This document shows, piece after piece, positions 18,689 to 24,542 of a stretch of DNA of 24,542 nt (its first letter is position 1; every line of letters begins with the position of its first letter). The DNA comes from an uncultured Deinococcales bacterium (GTDB lineage: Bacteria > Deinococcota > Deinococci > Deinococcales > JAAFIG01), in the NCBI GenBank assembly GCA_964247135.1, contig CAXTTL010000031.1, forward strand, positions 1 to 24,542. Direction: 5' to 3'. Under the pieces are notes generated by a model that did not search any database, had not been told where the DNA came from, and was given only the letters and a program-made list of their open reading frames with translations. The translations under genes and the position numbers were made by a program.

Positions 18689-19240
18689 GTGAAATTGTTC
18701 TTGATTTTTGTTGCTTTCAGTCTGTTTTCGTGCAAATCACAGCGCTCGAGTTCGGACGGATTTGAGCATTGGTTGGCATTTCAAAAGTACAGCGCTTTGA
18801 TGGCAAACAAAACTGCGCCCGAACGACTGCCGATTCCAGTGGGTCGGGTCAAACTGCACCAAATCACCGACACTTGGGGTGGTGCGCGGCGTGAGGGTCG
18901 AAAACATGAGGGTGTGGACATTTTCGCGCCAACAGGCACCCCAATCTACAGTGCGACGGACGGTATCGTCATTTTTAAGGGCTGGAACCGGTTGGGCGGC
19001 AACACCGTCACCATCTGGGGCGCAGGTGACAAACGTTATTACTACGCCCACCTCTCGAGGTACGCCAACATCAATAATGCTCAAATAGTGACCCGAGGGA
19101 CGTTAATTGGATTTGTCGGAAATTCTGGCGACGCCAGCACCACGCCGCCGCACTTGCACTTTGGGATTTACGACCAGAATTGGCAAGCCAGCAACCCATT
19201 TGGGCTACTCGAGGATCACGGTTCAGCGTTGAATCCCTGA
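18689..19240 (+). CDS. M23-family metallopeptidase, putative lipoprotein
   Basis: HEGVDIF (HxxxD), YYYAHL, VGNSG, PHLHFG (HxH); lipobox-like LFSC. GTG lies 6 nt after TATCCT (track start 18683). Confidence 0.88.
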   Translation: MKLFLIFVAFSLFSCKSQRSSSDGFEHWLAFQKYSALMANKTAPERLPIPVGRVKLHQITDTWGGARREGRKHEGVDIFAPTGTPIYSATDGIVIFKGWNRLGGNTVTIWGAGDKRYYYAHLSRYANINNAQIVTRGTLIGFVGNSGDASTTPPHLHFGIYDQNWQASNPFGLLEDHGSALNP

Positions 19241-19263
19241 AAAAATGCCACTCGGGTTTAAAA

Positions 19264-21003
19264 CTAAATTTTAAGCTGCATGTTGTAATAATTGGCGTAA
19301 ACGCCACCGAGGGCTACCAAGTCCTGATGCGTGCCCTGTTCTGCAATTCCCTGATCGCCCAGCACCACGATTCGCTGGGCATTTTTGATGGTCGAAAGTC
19401 GGTGCGCAATCACGATGGTCGTGCGGTTGTCAATCAGTTTCTCGAGCGAATCCTGAACCTCCCGTTCGCTCTCGTTGTCCAGAGAACTGGTGGCTTCGTC
19501 AAAAATAATGATCGCCGGATTTTTCAGAAAAACCCGAGCGATGCTTAAGCGCTGTTTTTGCCCGCCCGAGAGTTTGACGCCGCGCTGCCCAATGTCGGTG
19601 TCGTAGCCATCCGACAGCGCCATGATGAAATCGTGCGCATTGGCTTTTTTGGCGGCATCCACAATTTCAGAAAAACCCGCCTCGAGTTTACCGTAAGCGA
19701 TGTTATCGGCAACCGTTCCAGCGAACAGGTAAACGTCTTGTTGCACAATGCCGATGTTTTTTCTGAGCGATTCAAGACCAATGTCTTTGAGGTTTTTGCC
19801 ATCGAGCAAAATCTGCCCTTCGGTCACATCGTAAAAGCGTGGAATCAGCGAACAAAGCGTGGTTTTTCCAACGCCCGACGCGCCAACCAGCGCAATAAAT
19901 TCGCCAGCTCTAATCTCGAGCGAAATGTTTTTCAGCACCTCATCATGGTTTTCGGTGTATTTAAAACTGACATCCTGAAATTTCAGATGTCCCTGAACCC
20001 GCCCTAAGTCGGTCGCAGTCGGCGAATCCTCAATGTCGGGTCGAATCTCGAGCATCTCCATAAAACGGTTAAAACCCGTAATGCCCTCCTGATAAAGCCG
20101 TCCCAGATTGCTCGCGCCCCGAATTGGTTCGAGCAAAATACCGAGATACAACAGGTAGGTCAGCAAGTCGACCAAATCCAAGTGATGACCGACAATACTG
20201 GCACCGCCAACCACCAGCAAAACAATGGTCAAAAACTGCGTGAAAAACAACATTCCACTGGTGAAAAACATATAACTTTTGTACTCGACCTTTCGACCCT
20301 CGAGAAAACGATTGTTCTGGGTGGCAAATTTTTTGGCTTCGAGTTTTTCGTTGGTAAAAGATTTTACGACACGAATCCCTGCCAGCGAATCCTCGAGCTG
20401 TGCGTTGACATCACCGATTCGGTCCCGACTGGTTCTGACCGCCAGGTTCATTTGCTTGTTAAAGTACAAAGCGTAAACCGTCATGATCGGTAAGAACGCA
20501 AAGATGACAAGGGTGAGCGGCACATTGATGGTGATTAAAATGGCAAATGCGCCGATCAATTTCAACAGCGAGATCACCACATCCTCTGGACCGTGATGAA
20601 ACAATTCACTCATGGCAAACGTGTCGTTGGTGATGCGGTTCATCAGTTGAGCCGTCAAATGATTGTCAAAAAAACCGAAAGACAGTTTTTGATAATGCTC
20701 AAATAGCTCGGCACGCATGTCGCGTTCCATCAACGCGCCCATCATGTGACCCTGATAGTCAACAAACACATTGCAGAGCGTTTGAAGCACCACCAAGACC
20801 AGCATCAAAGCGCCCGTAAAATAAATTTGCCCCAGCATTTGAGATGAATTTCCAGCCAAAATGTCTTTGGTGATGTACCTGGCAAACAGTGGCAATACCA
20901 GCGCCACGGCAGCCACGACAAAAGCACAAATGAGGTCGGCAACGAGTAAACGCGTGTAGGATTTGTAATAGGAAAAAAACTTTTTGCTTCGGGCGTTCAA
21001 CAT
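19264..21003 (-). CDS. Fused ABC exporter (TMD+NBD; MsbA/Sav1866/YwjA-like)
   Basis: N-terminal TM domain, GASGVGKT, LSGGQKQR, IFDEATSSLD, IAHRLST. ATG 21003 preceded by GGGGGA. Confidence 0.92.
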   Translation of the reverse strand: MLNARSKKFFSYYKSYTRLLVADLICAFVVAAVALVLPLFARYITKDILAGNSSQMLGQIYFTGALMLVLVVLQTLCNVFVDYQGHMMGALMERDMRAELFEHYQKLSFGFFDNHLTAQLMNRITNDTFAMSELFHHGPEDVVISLLKLIGAFAILITINVPLTLVIFAFLPIMTVYALYFNKQMNLAVRTSRDRIGDVNAQLEDSLAGIRVVKSFTNEKLEAKKFATQNNRFLEGRKVEYKSYMFFTSGMLFFTQFLTIVLLVVGGASIVGHHLDLVDLLTYLLYLGILLEPIRGASNLGRLYQEGITGFNRFMEMLEIRPDIEDSPTATDLGRVQGHLKFQDVSFKYTENHDEVLKNISLEIRAGEFIALVGASGVGKTTLCSLIPRFYDVTEGQILLDGKNLKDIGLESLRKNIGIVQQDVYLFAGTVADNIAYGKLEAGFSEIVDAAKKANAHDFIMALSDGYDTDIGQRGVKLSGGQKQRLSIARVFLKNPAIIIFDEATSSLDNESEREVQDSLEKLIDNRTTIVIAHRLSTIKNAQRIVVLGDQGIAEQGTHQDLVALGGVYANYYNMQLKI

Positions 21004-21036
21004 TATTCCCCCAACGGTTCGGAGGAACAAAAACGC

Positions 21037-21117
21037 TTACCCTCCAAACCCTGGTCTGAATTTCAGACCTCGAGCTGCGATTGTGAGTTGTAAACAAAAT
21101 GTTGAACGGCTTCTCAC
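21037..21117 (-). CDS. Putative leader peptide MRSRSTFCLQLTIAARGLKFRPGFGG
   Basis: Strong SD AAAGGAGGTG (21131-21122), AGGAGG 6 nt before GTG; stop 33 nt upstream of the exporter start. Confidence 0.65.
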   Translation of the reverse strand: MRSRSTFCLQLTIAARGLKFRPGFGG

Positions 21118-21160
21118 GTCGCACCTCCTTTCAAGGTTTGGACCGGCTGAATTGATTGTT

Positions 21161-21190
21161 AGTTTATCACTTTCACCGAAGTTGTTGCAA
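21161..21190 (-). promoter_or_regulatory. Putative promoter for leader peptide and ABC exporter
   Basis: TTGCAA-18 nt-TAAACT with extended TGn. Confidence 0.45.
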
Positions 21191-21270
21191 AATCACAAGT
21201 CAACGAGACACCCATAAAAGTATGTTGACCCTCGAGACACCAAAATGATGCTTTCAAAAACTTCAAAACC

Positions 21271-21329
21271 GTAGGGTGCGCCGTGCGCACCGTGAGCCAT
21301 GTGGTCATGGTGCGCACGGCGCACCCTAC
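21271..21329. repeat. REP doublet (REPIN-like, GTAG family)
   Basis: GTAGGGTGCGCCGTGCGCACC, 17-nt spacer, then its exact reverse complement GGTGCGCACGGCGCACCCTAC; each unit is itself palindromic after GTAG. Confidence 0.85.
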
Positions 21330-21422
21330 CAATGTCTTTTTTTAAGAAAAATCCTTTATAAACCGAGGTCAACACGCTTTTAACCCTGTCTCCAATTTCA
21401 GCCACGACGGACTCAAGGACCT

Positions 21423-22871
21423 TTAAGACTCGAGCTTCCACCGTGTGTCGTCCACCGTATCCTCGAGTTGCACGCCCAAAGACTTGAGGCGTTCACGCAG
21501 GGCGTCGGAGCTTTTGAAATCACGGTTTAAACGGTAACTTTTGCGGGCTTCAATCGCAATCTCGAGCAAACCCTCGAGCAGACCTTCCTTGCCTTGGGTC
21601 GCATCGCTGGTGTCGGCTGGAAACAACCCAAAGACAAAACCTGCGAGCTTATCAAAAGTTTCCAATCCCAACTCGAGCGATTGTTTGTTGTTGGTGATTA
21701 CAGATGCGTTAAATTCTTTGGTCATGGAAAACAATGCCGCCAGCGCCTCTGGCGTGTTGAAATCGTCGTCCATCGCGGTTTCAAATTGAACCCGAGCCGC
21801 ATCAATTTTTTTCTCGAAACCCGCATCGTGCCCAGTCGTCGCCAGCTCGAGTTTGCGCACCAGTTCGCGGCGCGTTTCCCTGAACCTCGAGAGAACGCTG
21901 GTCGCGGCGGTGATGGTGTCTGAAGATAGTTCTGCCACGCTGCGGTAATGGCTCTGAATGTAAATCAAACGCAGCACCATCGGGTCGTGGGTGGCGTAAA
22001 AATCTTGCAGGGTCGTGAAATTTCCTTTGGACTTGCTCATCTTTTCGCCGTTGATGGTCAGCATGTTGCCGTGCATCCAGTAACGCGCGAACTTATAGCC
22101 CGCGCCCTCGGCTTGGGCAATTTCGGCTTCGTGATGCGGAAATTGCAAATCCAGACCGCCGGCGTGGATGTCAAAATTTTCGCCCAAGTATTTGATTGCC
22201 ATCGCCGAGCATTCGATGTGCCAACCAGGAAAACCCTCTCCCCAAGGCGATTTCCAGCGCATTAAATGTTCTGGTTCGGCAAATTTCCAGAGGGCAAAAT
22301 CCAGTGGGTCTTCCTTGTCCTCGCGCACGTCCTCACGCGTGCCAACCTCGAGTTCATCGATCTTGCGTCCCGAAAGTTTCCCATAATCTGGGTCGGATCG
22401 CACCCGAAAGTAGACGCTGCCATCTCGCTCGTAGGCTTTGCCCCTGGCAATTAAAGTTTGTACCATTTCAATCTGCTCGAGGATATGCCCCGTCGCCCTT
22501 GGCGCAATGTTGGGTTTTTGCACGTTCAGTTGTTCCATGTCATGAAAGTAATTCCACATGTACTTCTCGGCGACCTCCATCGGCTCGAGTTGCTCGAGTT
22601 TGGCGCGTTCACCGATACGGTCATGCCCCTCGTCGCTGGTTTCGTCGGTAATGTGACCAACGTCGGTGATGTTACTCACGAACCTGACTTTAAAATTTCG
22701 GTAAGCGAACCAACGGCGGATCACGTCGAATGCCACGGCGGTTTTGCCGTGTCCAAGGTGTGCGTCGGAGTACACGGTGGGTCCGCACAAATACATGCCA
22801 ACGCGCCCGGCGGTGGTCGGCACAAAATCCTCTTTTTGCTTGCTCAAAGTGTTAAACAACCTAATGGTCAT
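21423..22871 (-). CDS. cysS: Cysteine--tRNA ligase
   Basis: [54 protein letters not shown]. Confidence 0.97.
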   Translation of the reverse strand: MTIRLFNTLSKQKEDFVPTTAGRVGMYLCGPTVYSDAHLGHGKTAVAFDVIRRWFAYRNFKVRFVSNITDVGHITDETSDEGHDRIGERAKLEQLEPMEVAEKYMWNYFHDMEQLNVQKPNIAPRATGHILEQIEMVQTLIARGKAYERDGSVYFRVRSDPDYGKLSGRKIDELEVGTREDVREDKEDPLDFALWKFAEPEHLMRWKSPWGEGFPGWHIECSAMAIKYLGENFDIHAGGLDLQFPHHEAEIAQAEGAGYKFARYWMHGNMLTINGEKMSKSKGNFTTLQDFYATHDPMVLRLIYIQSHYRSVAELSSDTITAATSVLSRFRETRRELVRKLELATTGHDAGFEKKIDAARVQFETAMDDDFNTPEALAALFSMTKEFNASVITNNKQSLELGLETFDKLAGFVFGLFPADTSDATQGKEGLLEGLLEIAIEARKSYRLNRDFKSSDALRERLKSLGVQLEDTVDDTRWKLES

Positions 22872-22887
22872 GGAAAATCCTTTCAAT

Positions 22888-22914
22888 AAAAAAGCTCGAG
22901 GTTAAGTCTCGAGC
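22888..22914 (-). terminator. Attenuator terminator in the cysS leader
   Basis: Minus strand GCTCGAG-ACTTAAC-CTCGAGC-TTTTTT, ending 16 nt before the cysS ATG. Confidence 0.75.
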
Positions 22915-22949
22915 ATCATTTCGGGTCGGGGAATGGACTCAAAACCGCT

Positions 22950-22997
22950 CTAGGGGCGGTCACAACAAGAATGCAGGGTTACTCGAGGGTCTGACAT
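22950..22997 (-). CDS. cysS leader peptide MSDPRVTLHSCCDRP
   Basis: 15-aa uORF with tandem TGT TGT codons, 9 nt after TATAAT (23012-23007), upstream of terminator and cysS. Confidence 0.75.
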   Translation of the reverse strand: MSDPRVTLHSCCDRP

Positions 22998-23196
22998 CTT
23001 GAGCAAATTATACACTCGAGTTTGCACGGTTTGGTAATCCACACTTCACGGGAGTAGACTCGAGGCAACATGAACGCGCCAAACTGGCAACAAGATGCCA
23101 TCCCACCACCGCTCTCGTAACGCTCGAGAGACATTAAATTATCGCCATTCTTTTGAAGTTCGAGCATCCAAACAACTGCTCGAGAAGAGGTTTTTT

Positions 23197-24542
23197 ATGG
23201 GTCAAATACAACTGAAAACCGCGCTGCCAGGACCAAATTCATTGGCGTTGCAAGCCAGACGTGCCGCCGCCGTCTCGAGCGCCTTGGGTCAAGCCAACCC
23301 CGTCGCCATCAAACGCGCCAAGGGTTCGATGCTCGAGGATGTTGACGGTAACATGCTGGTTGATCTGGCGGGCGGCATCGGCGTGCTGGCGGTGGGTCAC
23401 GGACCCGAAAACGTCAAAGCTGCGCTTCACAAACAGGTTGACGAGTACTTGCACATTTGCAGCATCGTGGCAAATTACGAACCATACGTTGAACTGTGCG
23501 AGAAATTGAACAGTTTGACCCCAGGCAATTTTGCCAAGAAAACCTTGCTTTCAAACGGCGGCGCGGAAGCCGTCGAAAATGCCGTCAAATTTGCGCGGCG
23601 TTTTACGGGTCGGGCGGGCATCATCGTCTTTGAGGGTGCGTACCACGGGCGCAGCAACCTGACGATGGCGATGACCAGCAAGTACAGCCTGTTCAAAAAA
23701 GGTTTCGGACCCTTCGCCCCAGAAGTCTACCGCCTGCCCATGCCAAACCTTTACCGCACCCCAAAAGGCATGAGTCAGGAAGATTACCTCGAGTGGAGTT
23801 GCTGGAATCTCGAGAATGCCTTGGTCGCCCACATTGACGGTTCGGCGCTGGCTGCCATCGTGATCGAACCCATCGTCGGCGAGGGCGGCTTCATTCCCGT
23901 GCCGAAAAAGTTCCTCGAGAAAATCCGTGAAATCTGCGACAAAACGGGTGCGGTGATGATCGCCGACGAGATTCAATCGGGTTCTGGACGCACGGGCAAA
24001 ATGTATGCGATTGAACACACGGGCGTCGTGCCGGACATGGTCATCAGCGCCAAATCGCTCGGGGCGGGACTGCCAATTTCTGCGGTCACCGGACGTGCCG
24101 AAATCCTCGATTCGCCACATGTTGGCGGCGCGGGCAGCACTTACGGCGGCAACCCGCTCGCCTGCGTTGCCGCGCTCGAGGCAATCAAAATCCTCACCAG
24201 CCAAGAAGCCATCGACGGCGCCGCCAGAATTGAACGCATCGTGCGCGAAGTCTTTGAACCCATGCAACTCGAGATACCAATTCTTGGCGACGTGCGCGGC
24301 GTTGGTGGCATGATGTGCCTCGAGTTTGTTCACGATCAGGTACAAAAAGAACCCTGGATGGAAATCGTGCCGCAAATCGTCAAAGGCTGCCTCGAGGGCG
24401 GCGTGATCTTGCTCCGCGCTGGTTTGTACACCAACTGCATCAGGTTCCTGCCCGAACTCACCATCGACGAGGCATTGTTCCGTGAAGCGCTCGAGGTTGT
24501 GGCTGGCGCGGTTCGTCAGGTTTACAAAGCGAATCAAGCGGT
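23197..24542 (+). CDS. gabT: Class III PLP aminotransferase, 4-aminobutyrate--2-oxoglutarate transaminase-like (3'-truncated)
   Basis: Translated by hand: MGQIQLKTALPGP...DVDGN..VDLAGGIGVLAVGH...NGGAEAVENAVK...YHGR...IEPIVGEGG...IADEIQSGSGRTG...AKSLGAGLP. No stop in the window, hence absent from the ORF track. Confidence 0.9.
   Translation, partial: MGQIQLKTALPGPNSLALQARRAAAVSSALGQANPVAIKRAKGSMLEDVDGNMLVDLAGGIGVLAVGHGPENVKAALHKQVDEYLHICSIVANYEPYVELCEKLNSLTPGNFAKKTLLSNGGAEAVENAVKFARRFTGRAGIIVFEGAYHGRSNLTMAMTSKYSLFKKGFGPFAPEVYRLPMPNLYRTPKGMSQEDYLEWSCWNLENALVAHIDGSALAAIVIEPIVGEGGFIPVPKKFLEKIREICDKTGAVMIADEIQSGSGRTGKMYAIEHTGVVPDMVISAKSLGAGLPISAVTGRAEILDSPHVGGAGSTYGGNPLACVAALEAIKILTSQEAIDGAARIERIVREVFEPMQLEIPILGDVRGVGGMMCLEFVHDQVQKEPWMEIVPQIVKGCLEGGVILLRAGLYTNCIRFLPELTIDEALFREALEVVAGAVRQVYKANQA

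Noticed and set aside
22872-23012. T-box riboswitch before cysS
   Set aside because: No T-box consensus (GGTGG-ACC-CG) and the leader is short; the Cys-Cys uORF explains the terminator better.
23551-24537. 328-aa minus-strand ORF in the track
   Set aside because: Antisense shadow of the clear gabT-like gene on the + strand; no recognisable motifs.

Overview
Chromosomal window of ~24.5 kb, inferred to be from a Deinococcota-like bacterium (protein types, many leaderless-style starts). Genes, in order: a 5'-truncated putative surface protein, a disrupted Uma2 nuclease, an AAC(3)-family acetyltransferase, a TrxR-type ferredoxin-NADP reductase, a GHL10 glycoside hydrolase, then a heterocycle (pterin/purine/pyrimidine) uptake and catabolism cluster (NitT/TauT ABC transporter, creatininase-family enzyme, two CodA-like deaminases, FAD oxidoreductase, convergent RibD_C protein). 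After that come a serine hydrolase, a small hypothetical, an APC transporter, an M23 peptidase, a fused ABC exporter, cysS and a 3'-truncated gabT-like gene that is missing from the ORF track. Most notable: (1) the palindrome CTCGAG occurs ~170 times by hand count against ~6-7 expected, a HIP1-like pattern; (2) a 36/74-bp mini-insertion with shared ends splits the Uma2 gene and also sits in a REP-like hairpin; (3) a Cys-Cys leader-peptide attenuator precedes cysS; (4) a leader peptide with alternative RNA pairings precedes the ABC exporter; (5) the second deaminase paralog appears to have lost canonical catalytic residues. All calls are by-eye readings; no searches or folding programs were run.
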